Positions 1-10,700 of a stretch of DNA of 64,000 nucleotides are shown one piece after another; the first letter of the stretch is position 1, and each line of letters opens with the position of its first letter. The notes below the pieces were generated by a model. That model made no database searches. It saw only the letters and a list, made by a program, of their open reading frames with translations, and had not been told where the DNA came from. The position numbers and the translations under genes are program-made. The stretch comes from Parcubacteria group bacterium (GTDB lineage Bacteria > Patescibacteriota > Minisyncoccia > Phycocordibacterales > UBA2135): NCBI GenBank assembly GCA_016176785.1, contig JACOWN010000004.1, positions 12,558-76,557 of the forward strand. Direction: 5' to 3'.

Positions 1-437
1 ACGTCAACATGCGTTTTGATGCCGGGGTCGTTGCGGAACTTCGCTTCAATGAAAAAATGTTCATGTTCTTTCTGGGCGAGAACGTCAATTTCATGCGTGA
101 CGCACTCGCCTTCCAAAAAGCGGTTGCGCTCCGTCGCGTATCCCATGGCGCGAAGCATCACTTCAACGAATTGCTCAAAATAAAAACCGGCTGGTCCCAG
201 ATCGGCAACGCCGCGCTTTAAACTGTATCGCGCCGCGACACCGACGTTTTCCTTGACGAGGTGCCGGAGCGCCCGCCGGAAGATCTCGGACGTCGTTGCC
301 CCCGGCTTGAGCGTCTGCGTCACTTTTTCGCACACCGCATTCGCAAACGCCTCCGGTGCGCCGGATGCGCGCAGCGACTCGCAGAGTTTCTCTTTTTGGA
401 ACTCTTCGGTCTCCCCGCTTGCTTTCGTGATTTCCAT
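1..437 (-). CDS. ATP-cone domain + Mrr-like restriction endonuclease-fold protein (partial, runs off window start)
   Basis: Hand translation from ATG at 437: MEITKASGETEEFQKEKLCESLRASGA (ATP-cone-like) ... LGPAGFYFEQFV ... HEIDVLA ... FIEAKFRN (PD-(D/E)XK motif). No stop before base 1, so it is absent from the ORF track. Confidence 0.8.
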   Translation of the reverse strand, partial: MEITKASGETEEFQKEKLCESLRASGAPEAFANAVCEKVTQTLKPGATTSEIFRRALRHLVKENVGVAARYSLKRGVADLGPAGFYFEQFVEVMLRAMGYATERNRFLEGECVTHEIDVLAQKEHEHFFIEAKFRNDPGIKTHVD

Positions 438-559
438 AATAGTTTAGTGTAGCATCCGGCGCAAAATGAGTCGACATGTACCCCTAAAGGTACGGTGTTT
501 ACAGACCGCCGCCGACGCTTTATGATGGGGTAGGATGCACGAATGATCGGGAGGGAATC

Positions 560-1963
560 GTGTGCGGTATTATCGGGGTCGCCAACCTTGAGACATGCGC
601 CGTACCGACATTGTTCGCCGGGCTTCTCAATATGCAGCATCGCGGCAAAGAAAGCGCGGGGGTCGTAACGCACGCGAATGGAAGCTACGCAGAAAGAGGC
701 GGCATGGGAGAAGTGCATATTGCGCTTGATGAAAAGCGCATAGAGAATATGCCCGGGCGATGCGGCATCGGCCACACGCGTTATTCGAACGCCGGCGCCA
801 GTTCACCCGACAACCGGCAGCCCTTGCGCGGAGATTTTCGCGGGCATGGGTTTTATCTGGGCCACAACGGCAGCGTCATAAACGTAAAATCGCTGGGAGA
901 AACCCTTTCGCACCCGCTTGGTCCCGAGGCGTCGGACACGCGAACCGTCGTCGCGCTGCTTTCCAATGCGCCGCAGACCGACTTTGAAAGCGCGCTTATC
1001 GCGACGCTTGCGCGGCTTCAAGGGGCGTTCAATTTTCTCATCCTCTTTGAAGACACGCTCTACGCGGCAAAAGACGCCTTCGGATTTCACCCGCTGCAGA
1101 TCGGTACTCGCGGCGGCGACGTCATTATCGCTTCCGAAAGCTGCGTTTTCGACCATGTCGGCGCATGTTTTGCGCGCGACATCATGCCGGGGGAACTTGT
1201 TACTGTACGCAACGGTTCGATTACTTCTTCCCAATGGACCGCGGAAACGCGTCTTGCGTTTGATATTTTTGAATACATCTACTTTCTGCGACCGGACAGC
1301 GTTGTTCACGGCGTTGAGGCGGGTGCCGCGCGCTACCATATGGGGCGGCGTCTTGCAAAAATATCGCCGCGCAGGGTGGACGCGGTCATTCCCGTCGCCG
1401 ATTCCGGAAACGAAGCGGCGCTCGGCTATTGGGAAACGATGACGAAGTTCGGCTACGACATCAGTTTTCGTCCATGGGCGCTCTTCCGACCTCATACGAC
1501 CGGCAGAACTTTCATTGAGCCGGTGCAGAAGATGAGAGAAGAATGGATCAGGCGGAAGTTCAATCCGCGCCCGTCGCAGCTGCGCGGCGCACGCGTACTT
1601 TTGATCGACGACTCCATCGTGCGCGGCAATACGCTCGCGCGGGCGGTGCGGACGGTGCGCGCCGCCGGCGCTTCCGCCGTGTTCGCCGGTATAGCTTCCG
1701 ACCAGTACCGGTATCCGGATTTTTACGGCATTGACACCTATCGCAAAAAAGACGAACTCATCGCACGCCGTTTTGAAGGCGACGCCGAGCGTATATGCGG
1801 CGCGTGCGGACTCGACGGACTCGCCTATCTTCCGCACTCCGAAGTTATAAAAGCGGTGCTTGATGCCCGCGCACCGACGTCAATCCTCGCCGAAACGTGT
1901 TTCTATGACGGTCCGTTCACCGGACGTTACCCCGCGGGAATGGGATCGTACACGGCGCTTTAA
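560..1963 (+). CDS. purF: amidophosphoribosyltransferase
   Basis: N-terminal MCGIIG (Ntn nucleophile Cys), QHRG, GHTRYS, HNG, PRPP-binding LIDDSIVRGNT, FYGID. Confidence 0.93.
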   Translation: MCGIIGVANLETCAVPTLFAGLLNMQHRGKESAGVVTHANGSYAERGGMGEVHIALDEKRIENMPGRCGIGHTRYSNAGASSPDNRQPLRGDFRGHGFYLGHNGSVINVKSLGETLSHPLGPEASDTRTVVALLSNAPQTDFESALIATLARLQGAFNFLILFEDTLYAAKDAFGFHPLQIGTRGGDVIIASESCVFDHVGACFARDIMPGELVTVRNGSITSSQWTAETRLAFDIFEYIYFLRPDSVVHGVEAGAARYHMGRRLAKISPRRVDAVIPVADSGNEAALGYWETMTKFGYDISFRPWALFRPHTTGRTFIEPVQKMREEWIRRKFNPRPSQLRGARVLLIDDSIVRGNTLARAVRTVRAAGASAVFAGIASDQYRYPDFYGIDTYRKKDELIARRFEGDAERICGACGLDGLAYLPHSEVIKAVLDARAPTSILAETCFYDGPFTGRYPAGMGSYTAL

Positions 1964-1966
1964 ATT

Positions 1967-1993
1967 AAAAACCAGCATTACTGCTGGCTTTTT
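1967..1993. terminator. bidirectional intrinsic terminator
   Basis: AAAAACCAGCA-TTAC-TGCTGGCTTTTT between convergent genes. Confidence 0.65.
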
Positions 1994-2363
1994 ATTGATG
2001 CGGGCGGTTCGCGTGCGGGCGTTCCGGATGGGGATGCGCCTCGTGCTGGGCCTCTTGAAGCGCGCGAGAAACGCGCTCACCGATCATCTGCTCGATCTTG
2101 CCGCGGAGAAGGGACGTGAGGAAAGACAACCGAAGGAAAACGCGAACGTCGTCGCTTCGGATGGAAAAATCCCCCTGAAACTCAAAACTCAAAAACGAGA
2201 ACTTGACGTGGATGTTCTCATGCTCGTCTGTGCGTTCAAGCGCCTTCTGCTCGTCGGCAAATTCCCGCACGAGATTATCCGTAAGTTTTGCGAGAGCGGC
2301 GTGCGCCTGCTCAACTGAAAGACACCGGAACGGGACATCAAACTCAAGCGTCCGATGGGGCAT
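1992..2363 (-). CDS. hypothetical protein, possibly polyhydroxyalkanoic-acid-system family fold
   Basis: ATG 2363 with GGAG 6 nt upstream. Short alpha/beta protein ending LRGKIEQMIGERVSRAL. The upstream ORF-track extension is the palindromic repeat. Confidence 0.5.
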   Translation of the reverse strand: MPHRTLEFDVPFRCLSVEQAHAALAKLTDNLVREFADEQKALERTDEHENIHVKFSFLSFEFQGDFSIRSDDVRVFLRLSFLTSLLRGKIEQMIGERVSRALQEAQHEAHPHPERPHANRPHQ

Positions 2364-2377
2364 TGGCATCTCCAAAT

Positions 2378-2400
2378 TGTTCAACATCGGGTGTTGAACA
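2378..2400. repeat. 23-bp REP-like palindrome, copy 1
   Basis: TGTTCAACA-TCGGG-TGTTGAACA; stem extends to 12 bp (2375-2403). Confidence 0.9.
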
Positions 2401-2459
2401 ATTACGCGTCTAAAGAGGAAGCATACGCCTTCAATAAAAAAAAGCAAGGGTGCCCCGCC

Positions 2460-2960
2460 CTACTCAAAGCGCCGCCACGCGGTCTTTTCCCCTCCCCCCG
2501 TCCTCCGCCGTTCGGCCATCGCCAGTTCATCGTAAATACCGTCGATCAAATCGTACTTCTTTGCTTCCTCAAGAGTCACCCAGGCATATTCGTCAAGCTC
2601 GTCTTTCTGGAGCGTAATATTACCGCCCGCAAGTTCCGCGACGCACGAGATCACGAGCGACGGTGAACCGTCTTCGTGAACGGTCGCCAAGCTCGTCAGA
2701 TAGTCAATGTTTTTTATGTCAACGCCGACTTCCTCAAGCACCTCCCGCCGGAGCGTCCGTTCCAGAACGTTGTACCAGTAAAACTCGGTGTCCTTTTCAA
2801 GGCCGAGATAGTCCCCCGCCTCAAGTTTCCCGCCGGGCACCGTCCACTTCCCCGGGAAGCGTTTTTTTGTCGGCGCGCGGCGCGTGATGAGATATGTGCC
2901 GTTGCCGCCATCGGTAATGATTGCCGTAACGGCGACTTCATGCAGGTGGTTGTTGTGCAT
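2460..2960 (-). CDS. NUDIX hydrolase
   Basis: PGKWTVPGG...LRREVLEEVG Nudix box with insertion; start chosen at MHNNHL. Confidence 0.85.
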   Translation of the reverse strand: MHNNHLHEVAVTAIITDGGNGTYLITRRAPTKKRFPGKWTVPGGKLEAGDYLGLEKDTEFYWYNVLERTLRREVLEEVGVDIKNIDYLTSLATVHEDGSPSLVISCVAELAGGNITLQKDELDEYAWVTLEEAKKYDLIDGIYDELAMAERRRTGGGEKTAWRRFE

Positions 2961-3078
2961 GGTTTTTGGCGACGCGCGCCCGGCGCGCGTCTCTTTGTCA
3001 TACATAATAGAGTATATCAAAACAGCGGCGGACACGGAATATCGCGGGTGGAAATGCGTAGTGATAAAAAAACCCGCG

Positions 3079-4029
3079 CTATGAGGCGGGTCTGCGTTCG
3101 GTCATGCGCCGCTTGATCTTGCGGCCCAAAACATCGGGAGATAAGCGCGCCAGGTCCGCGATCTCCGGCCTGAATTCGGTGCCTATCGAAAGAGGTTGCA
3201 TTGCGCGCACGACCCGACAAAGAACGCGAACGGAAATTTGGCGGACTCGTTCGCATGAAAGACAAAAATCGTCCGCTATGGCCCCCAGCGTCTCGCCGTT
3301 CACGTAGTGCCGTGAAAAAATATCCATATTGCGCGGCGGAATGGACGCGCGCGCTTTTGCAAACGCTTTTTTAAAAAGCGTTCGTTTCCGCTCTTCAAGG
3401 TTTTTTCTCTCGGCCGTTTCTTCTGGGTTTGGAGTGCCGCTCGGGAGCAGGTCCCCAATCGTTAGGGACGAATCGCCTGACGGCGAGTGCGGCCGCATAT
3501 CCAGCGACAAAAAACCGTCCGCGAACGAGTCAAGCGCGGCGATCACATCTTCCGAAGTGCCGAATTTTTTGGCAATGTCCTGCGCTTCGGAGCCACTCAC
3601 CGGCCGCGCCAAGATCCCGCGCGCGCGCTTCTCGCGCTGAAGACCGTAGTGCGCCTTTTTACGCTGCGTGGAGGTTATGACCCGCACCAGGTGCGCGTCC
3701 TTGAGAAGCCGCCCCCTGACTCGAGACACTACCCAATGCGTGGCATATGTTGAGAAACGAAGCTCCCGTGCGAGCTTAAAATAACCCGCGGCTTCAATGA
3801 GTCCGAGAGACCCCTCTTGCATCAGGTCCTCAAACCGCTGGTCGTGCGGCTTGCAGTAACGCCGCACAAGCATAAAGACAAGCTTCATGTGCGCGCCGAC
3901 TATCGCGTCAAACGCCTGTCGGTCGCCGTTCTTTTGGTACCGAAAAAACAGCGCTCGCTCTTCTTCTCTGGACAAGAGCGGCGTCTCAAAGATCTCGCGC
4001 CAATAACTCTGCCTGCGAGAAGGAGACAT
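3079..4029 (-). CDS. sigma-70 family factor, divergent RpoH-like
   Basis: Region 1.2 PLLSREEE, region 2 DLMQEGSLGLIEAA..F...RFSTYATHW, region 4 TLGAIADDFCLSCERVRQI; RpoH-box-like VITSTQRKKAHYGL. Confidence 0.8.
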   Translation of the reverse strand: MSPSRRQSYWREIFETPLLSREEERALFFRYQKNGDRQAFDAIVGAHMKLVFMLVRRYCKPHDQRFEDLMQEGSLGLIEAAGYFKLARELRFSTYATHWVVSRVRGRLLKDAHLVRVITSTQRKKAHYGLQREKRARGILARPVSGSEAQDIAKKFGTSEDVIAALDSFADGFLSLDMRPHSPSGDSSLTIGDLLPSGTPNPEETAERKNLEERKRTLFKKAFAKARASIPPRNMDIFSRHYVNGETLGAIADDFCLSCERVRQISVRVLCRVVRAMQPLSIGTEFRPEIADLARLSPDVLGRKIKRRMTERRPAS

Positions 4030-4169
4030 GGAAACACCTGCCGTATCTTTTCGCGGTTCTTTCGCAAGATTACAATGGTAAATGACACTTGTCAAAAACT
4101 TGACACCGCCTATTTTTAATAGCAGTATTCTGGAGAGATGGCACATAACCAAAACCGGAGGAGGGCGCC

Positions 4170-4862
4170 GTGCTCATGTTCTTCGCGACGGGGCATGCTC
4201 GCTCGTGCCCCGGACAACTGTCATGCAGCTGCCCGCGACTGCGCGCAGTCGCGGTCTCGGCGTTTGTTTCGTTCCTTATCTCGTCGCTTGAGATAACGAT
4301 GGGGTTCCATGCCGACAGCTTGGCGCTCGTCGCCGATGCGGCGCACACGTTCTCTGACGGCTTTGCGCACGGCATCACGGCGTATGCGATCATCGCGAGT
4401 TACCGCAATGCCAAGCGCGCGGTTCTTTTTGACCGCCGCGGGCTCTCGGTGAACGCCGTACTCCTCGGATTTTCCGCCGCAGTGATCGCCGTGGAAGCGA
4501 CGCGGCGGTTGTTCTCCCCCTCGCTTGACGTCGCGGGCCTAACGGTGATGACGGTTGCCGGCGCGGCGCTCGTCGGAAACGTATTCCAACACTACTGGCT
4601 CGTGCGCGGCTCGCGGCATTCGGAAGGAAACCACGGCGAGAATACGCTCACCGGCCTCATGAAGCACATCGCCGTCGACATCGCGCAAAGCGCGTTTGTC
4701 GTCGCGGGCGGCATTCTCATCATCGTAACCGGTATCGCGTTAATCGACCCGCTTTTTTCGCTCGTTCTTGTTCTCATCATGCTCTATCAGGTGCGCCGCC
4801 TCTTACAGCGGGCGGGCGGGATGGGACAAAACGGCCATGACCACACTTCAACCCTCTCGTGA
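4170..4862 (+). CDS. cation diffusion facilitator (CDF) transporter lacking the C-terminal cytosolic domain
   Basis: SLALVADAAHTFSD and HIAVD metal-site motifs, about 6 hydrophobic segments, IDPLFSL. Confidence 0.8.
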   Translation: MLMFFATGHARSCPGQLSCSCPRLRAVAVSAFVSFLISSLEITMGFHADSLALVADAAHTFSDGFAHGITAYAIIASYRNAKRAVLFDRRGLSVNAVLLGFSAAVIAVEATRRLFSPSLDVAGLTVMTVAGAALVGNVFQHYWLVRGSRHSEGNHGENTLTGLMKHIAVDIAQSAFVVAGGILIIVTGIALIDPLFSLVLVLIMLYQVRRLLQRAGGMGQNGHDHTSTLS

Positions 4863-4954
4863 GGGTTTTTTCATGCGCTCGCTTGTATTGCGAAAGCGCA
4901 GTATGCTATACTTCCACAATTATATTTCGTCATTATCACTTCATCCCACCAAGC

Positions 4955-5656
4955 ATGGACCAGCAACCACAAAACGTTTTAATCCCCGGGGCAATCGTTA
5001 TCGCCGGCCTTCTTATCGCCGGAGCGGTTTTTATGACAAATAGAGACCTGCCGGCTTCGCCCGCCGCCGTCGCCGACACGAACGCGCCGCTTTACTCCAT
5101 GCGGCCGGTGTCAACAGACAGTGACCATCTTTTGGGAAGCCCTGATGCAAAAATTATCATCGTTGAGTACTCCGACCTTGAATGCCCGTTCTGCAAGAGT
5201 TTCCACAACACCATGAAGCAAGTTATGGAAACGTACGGCAAAGACGGTTCCGTGGCGTGGGTGTACCGCCATTTCCCGTTAACGACGATCCATCCCAAGG
5301 CGCAGAAAGAAGCCGAGGCGAGCGAGTGCGCCGCCGAACTCGGGGGAACGCTTGGTTTTTGGGAATACGTTGACCGCGTATTTGAACTCACACCGTCAAA
5401 CAACAATCTTGACCCCGCTCTTCTCCCGAAAATCGCGGAGGATGTCGGGCTTGACCGGGCGGATTTTGAAGCATGCCTCTCAAGCGGAAAACACAGAGAA
5501 CGCGTTACCAAGGACCGAGACAACGCGATCGGCATCGGCGCCCAAGGCACGCCTTTCAGCGTCATGCTCTCAAAAGACGGAGCCGCCCGACCGATTGAGG
5601 GCGCCGTGCCGTTTGACTCCCTAAAAACGATCATAGACGGAGCGCTCGCACAATAG
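4955..5656 (+). CDS. DsbA-family thioredoxin-fold oxidoreductase, membrane anchored
   Basis: EYSDLECPFC, YRHFPL, GTP cis-Pro loop, N-terminal TM helix. Confidence 0.88.
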   Translation: MDQQPQNVLIPGAIVIAGLLIAGAVFMTNRDLPASPAAVADTNAPLYSMRPVSTDSDHLLGSPDAKIIIVEYSDLECPFCKSFHNTMKQVMETYGKDGSVAWVYRHFPLTTIHPKAQKEAEASECAAELGGTLGFWEYVDRVFELTPSNNNLDPALLPKIAEDVGLDRADFEACLSSGKHRERVTKDRDNAIGIGAQGTPFSVMLSKDGAARPIEGAVPFDSLKTIIDGALAQ

Positions 5657-5687
5657 TTGCGTTTCCTCACACCTTTGCCGTTTTAAG

Positions 5688-5714
5688 AAAAACCCCCGTC
5701 TCTCGCGGGGGTTT
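5688..5714. terminator. bidirectional intrinsic terminator
   Basis: AAAAACCCCCG...CGGGGGTTT between convergent DsbA-like gene and ftsH. Confidence 0.6.
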
Positions 5715-5729
5715 GCGTGTATCTTTGCC

Positions 5730-7661
5730 TCAACCGTGGGCGTCGGGATCATTTTCCGGCTGTACGCCGGACGGCTCTCCCTCGGGAGCTTTTTTCGGTG
5801 GACCAGACGCCGGAACTATTGATTCGTTTACCCATTCGTTTTCGGTTCGTACAATCGTCTCGCCGCGCATGGCACGTTCAATTTCGTCACTACCGGTCAG
5901 GGTTTCGTACTGAAGGAGCGCTTCCGCCAAACGGTCCAGTTCTTCTCGGTGCTTGAGAAGCGTCTCTTCCGCCGTCTCCTGCGCGCGCTTAACGATCTTC
6001 TCCACCGCGTCGTCAATGCGCCGCATCGTCTGTTCCGACATCTGCTGCCGTTCGGTGATCGCCCGACCGAGGAAAATCTCCCGTTCGGAAGCGCTGAAGC
6101 GGATCGGTCCCAGCGAACTGAAACCCCATTCCGTCACCATTCGTCGGGCAAGTTCGGTCGCCTTTTCAATATCGCTCGCCGCTCCGGTCGTGCAGCTGCT
6201 TTTTCCGAAGATGATTTCTTCGGCCTTTCTGCCGCCGAACATCATGGCGAGCTGCGCGTTGAGCTGATCTTTCGTGTAATTGAAACGGTCGCGTTCCGGA
6301 AGCGCGAGCGTCATGCCGAGCGCGCGGCCGCGCGGGATAATCGTCACTTTATGCACCGGCTCGTTGCCGGGAACGCGGAGCCCGACAATCGCATGCCCCG
6401 CCTCGTGATACGCGGTGATTTTCTTGTCCTCATCGCTTACGACGAGCGAACGGCGCGCGGTCCCCATCATCACTTTATCCTTGGCATCTTCAAAATCGCT
6501 CCGTGCGGCCATTTTTTTATTCCGCCGCGCGGCGAAAAGCAGAGCTTCATTCACCAGGTTCGCGAGGTCGGCGCCGGAGAAATGCACGGTACCGCGGGCG
6601 ATAACCTTGAGGTCTACGTCGGGAGCGATCGGCTTTCCCCGCACATGCACCGCAAGGATTTTTTCTCTCCCCACGACATCGGGCAAGGGCACCGTAACCT
6701 GCCGGTCAAACCGGCCCGGGCGAAGGAGCGCCGGGTCAAGAATGTCGGGCCGGTTCGTCGCCGCTACAATGATGACCGCTTCGTGGGTGTCAAAACCGTC
6801 CATCTCAACGAGGATTTGGTTCAAGGTCTGCTCGCGTTCGTCGTTGCCGCCGCCGAGTCCTGCGCCACGATGACGCCCGACGGCGTCTATCTCGTCAATG
6901 AAAACGATACAAGGAGCATTTTTCTTCGCTTGCTCAAACATTTCCCTGACGCGGCTCGCGCCGACGCCGACGAACATTTCAACGAAATCGGAGCCGGAAA
7001 TGGTGAGGAACGGGACATTCGCCTCTCCCGCAACCGCGCGCGCAAGAAGCGTCTTCCCCGTGCCGGTCGGGCCGATCAAAAGCACGCCCTTGGGGATTTT
7101 CGCGCCAAGCGCTTGGAACTTTCGCGGGTCGCGGAGATACTCCACGATTTCCCGCACCTCTTCCTTCGCTTCGTCAATGCCCGCGACATCCGCAAAAGTA
7201 ACGCGCCTCTGGTCCCACGTCAGAAGCTTTGCCTTTGAGCCGACGAAGTTCTGCATGCGGCCCAGGGGGCCGCCGCTCTTCGCCATCCATCGTATCAGGA
7301 CGACCCACAAAACGACGAGAATGGCAAAGGGGAGGAGCGCGAGAAAGAGTTGGCCCAGAAGCGACGGCTCCGGCGGAGCGTTGACGGAAAAGCGCACATT
7401 GCGCCGTTCAAGGCGGTCCGCCAAAAACGCATCATTCGGCGGAACCCGAGTTTTGAAGGACGAGCCGTCGCGGAGATTCCCGCGCATAATGTCGCCCTCT
7501 AACTCCGCCGAAACGACCGCGCCGATTTCCAGTTTTGTGAGGAACTCCGAATACGGAATGACGCCGGGTTCCTTATCGGGCGCGGGCGCATTGAGCTTTT
7601 GAAAAGCGACTACCAAAAGCAGAAACACGACCAAAAACAAGAGATTGCTGTTCTTCCGCAC
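5730..7661 (-). CDS. ftsH: ATP-dependent zinc metalloprotease FtsH
   Basis: Two TM helices, Walker A GPTGTGKT, Walker [27 protein letters not shown]. Confidence 0.97.
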   Translation of the reverse strand: MRKNSNLLFLVVFLLLVVAFQKLNAPAPDKEPGVIPYSEFLTKLEIGAVVSAELEGDIMRGNLRDGSSFKTRVPPNDAFLADRLERRNVRFSVNAPPEPSLLGQLFLALLPFAILVVLWVVLIRWMAKSGGPLGRMQNFVGSKAKLLTWDQRRVTFADVAGIDEAKEEVREIVEYLRDPRKFQALGAKIPKGVLLIGPTGTGKTLLARAVAGEANVPFLTISGSDFVEMFVGVGASRVREMFEQAKKNAPCIVFIDEIDAVGRHRGAGLGGGNDEREQTLNQILVEMDGFDTHEAVIIVAATNRPDILDPALLRPGRFDRQVTVPLPDVVGREKILAVHVRGKPIAPDVDLKVIARGTVHFSGADLANLVNEALLFAARRNKKMAARSDFEDAKDKVMMGTARRSLVVSDEDKKITAYHEAGHAIVGLRVPGNEPVHKVTIIPRGRALGMTLALPERDRFNYTKDQLNAQLAMMFGGRKAEEIIFGKSSCTTGAASDIEKATELARRMVTEWGFSSLGPIRFSASEREIFLGRAITERQQMSEQTMRRIDDAVEKIVKRAQETAEETLLKHREELDRLAEALLQYETLTGSDEIERAMRGETIVRTENEWVNESIVPASGPPKKAPEGEPSGVQPENDPDAHG

Positions 7662-7719
7662 CGCTTCGTCTCCTCAGCGCATATTCCATTATGAAGAATA
7701 CGAGGGAAAATGAAGAACG

Positions 7720-10700
7720 TCAACGTGTGCGTGTTGGTGCGAGACCCGTCATGGCGTGGAGCGCGCAATACGGGCACTTTGCGTCGGCGCATGCCCGGTC
7801 CCAAAAAGCGAGGTCTTCAATTTCGCGCGCCGCGGACAATGCGAGCGACCGCACGGCGCGCACTTCCTCGCCGGTTATCGCGAAGCGCTCGGCGCGGTAT
7901 TTTCCTCCGCGCGCGGGTTCAATAAAATCTATCTCGCCGGACACCATGGAGAAACGGCCGCGGTCATAGTGGTCAAGGAGAAGGCGATAAAAAACAAGTT
8001 GGCGCTTGAAGTCGCCGGTTGAGGTTTTGGTCGCTCCTTCAATGTGATTCCGCGATTTCGGAGCGCCGGTTTTGTAATCAACAACATTTACATCGCGTCC
8101 GGCGAGAAGCTCCACCTTATCAAGCGTGCCGCGCAAACGGAGGCCGCCCGTTCTCCCCTCATCGCGCGGCAGAAGAACATCTACCTTGAATTCGTTTATG
8201 ATGTTCCGCGGCCACGACGCGCGGCGCGCCTCATAATATCCGCGGAGCGCCGCTTCGCCCTTTTTGAGCGCGTCCTCAAAATCGGACTCATGAAACGGCT
8301 GCGCGCGCGCGTAATCGCGGAACATTGTAACGAGTCCTTCCGCGCCGATATCGCCGTCCTCACGCCAGCGGTCAAAAAAATATCTGAGTGCGGCGTGTGC
8401 GGCAGTGCCGAACATAAGGTGCTTCACCGGCGCCTGCGGGATCCGAAGCAGATTGTTGTAAAAATACTTCCACGGACATGAAAGATAGTTATTGAGCGCG
8501 GTCACCGAAAGCCCCTGTTCCTGAAAAAGACGGTTTAAAAATGCTTTGTCGGCGGCGGGGGCGGGTCGCGCGGCAGGCGGATGCAGGAATACCTCTGTCT
8601 GCGCGGTCTTTTCAAACGGCGCGGTCGGTATGACGCGGAGATGCCCGTCCCCGATCTCTTCCACGCATTGGAACGGAAGCGCCGGCGCGCCCCGTTCGTT
8701 CTCGCGCGCGTATGAAAGAAAGACGCCGACACGCGCGCGTGTCAAGGCGACATAAAAGAGACGGCGTTCGTCGTCAATGTCCGCGGAGTCGCCGCGCTCC
8801 GTTCCCGTCGGGATATCAAAATGGGTAACGGAGCGGCGGTTGCCCCATATGCCGTCGGCAACATGTATGAGGTACACATAATCAAATTCCAACCCCTTTG
8901 CTTTGTGCGCGGTCATAAGCCGCACGCGGCCCTCGCCGCCTTCTCGCGCGGCCGATTTCAAAAAAATATTGTGTTCTTCCAAAAGGGCGAGGTACGCGAC
9001 GCAATCCGAAAGCGTCGCGGAACGCTTGGTCTCAACAAGCGCTCTCATTTCCGCAAAAAAACGATTGAGTTTTTCTATATTTTCTGCGGCCCGTTCGTGT
9101 GCGCAAGCGGCGGCAAGCAGGCCGGACTCTTCAAGAAGCCGTTCAAGAAAAACAAGGATGCCGTTGTTCGCGGCAAGTGTGCGCAATGAAGCCAGCCGGC
9201 GATAGAACTCGTCAACCGTGCGTTCGTGTTCAATACCGGCCGCGCGGCGATGCCGTTTTGACTTGAGCGTTCCGTAGAGAGAAAGCCCGCGGCGCCGCGC
9301 GTACGAAATGAGGCGGTATATGTCGAGCGGTTCAAGACCGAGGATGTCAAGGTGCAGGGCGTCAACGAGGCGCCGGTCGTCCCCAAAGTCGTGGACAGCC
9401 CGCACGAGTATGATGAGTTTGCGGATAAACGGGTCGGCGAGAATGTTTTGGCTTGATTCAATAACGAAGGGGATGCCGCGCTTTTCAAATACATGCGCGA
9501 CGGCTTCCGCCTCGTGGTTCGTCCGATACAAAACGGCGATCTCGGACGGCGGAACGCCCTCGTCTACGGCGCGCCTGACGGCATCGGCAAGAAAAAGAAG
9601 CTCGTGTTCAGGGTGTGAAAAAGCGCGGACCTCGATCGGAGTGCCTGTATCGCGCCCCGCCGCGACGAGGCGCGTCGCAAGCTCGTTTGCGAATGCGTGA
9701 GGGACGGCTCGTTTTGCTATCATGCTCCCCGCCGCGTCAAGGATGGACTGGGTTGAGCGATAATTATGCGAGAGCGTGATGACGGGCGCGTCGGGGTAAC
9801 GCTTCGTGAAATACAAAAAATTATCAAGGGACGCGCCCTGAAAGCGGAAGATCGCCTGTTTCTCGTCGCCGACGACGAAAAGGTTTGGCGAAGCGTGATA
9901 TGACGCAAGGAGTTCGAGAAGCCGGTTTTGCGCGCGATTCGCGTCCTGATGCTCGTCGGCGAGAAAATAGTGGTATGTTTCCTGCAATTCAAGAAGCACA
10001 TCGGGGTTGCGAAGAAGCGCCTGAATCGTTTCAAGGATCATGTCGTCATAGTCGTACACGTTCCGTTCGCGAAGCTCCCGTTCGTATTTTTGGTAGACCG
10101 CCAAAAGTTCTTCATTCTTGTCAATGCGTTTTTTCTGCGCCGCATACACGCCCTTCATGCGGCCCGCATATACGCCGTCTTGGTACACGAGGTCGGGTAT
10201 CGCGTGAAAATCGCGCCGCTGCTTCGCGATGGTCTCCGCGACATCGGGCGGCGCTGCGTTGTCCTGTTTGAGCTCGCTTATTTTCGCGGCAATCGGGTGG
10301 AGATAAAAAAACGCATTGCCGAACGGTTTTAATTTTGAAAGCGACGACGACGCGATGCATTCCTTGAGGAGAGAGAAACGCTCAACGTCGTTCATGTGGC
10401 GTGCGCCGATGATGCGCGGAAAAGCGTCGGGGTAGGTGCGGATAACGTCGTTGCAAAAACTGTGGAAGGTGTGTATTCCCACGCGATATCCGCCGCTGCC
10501 GATTATGTGAACCAACCGCTTGCGCATTGAAAAAACGCCCGACTCGGTGAATGTCAGGGCAAGGATGGCGTCCGGCGGCGTGTCGGTTTTCCGAAGAATG
10601 TTCGCGATGCGAAGCGTCAGGATCTGCGTCTTGCCGGTGCCGGGTCCCGCGAGAACCATAACGGGGCCTTCAATGGAATCAACGGCCTTTTTTTGGTCGG

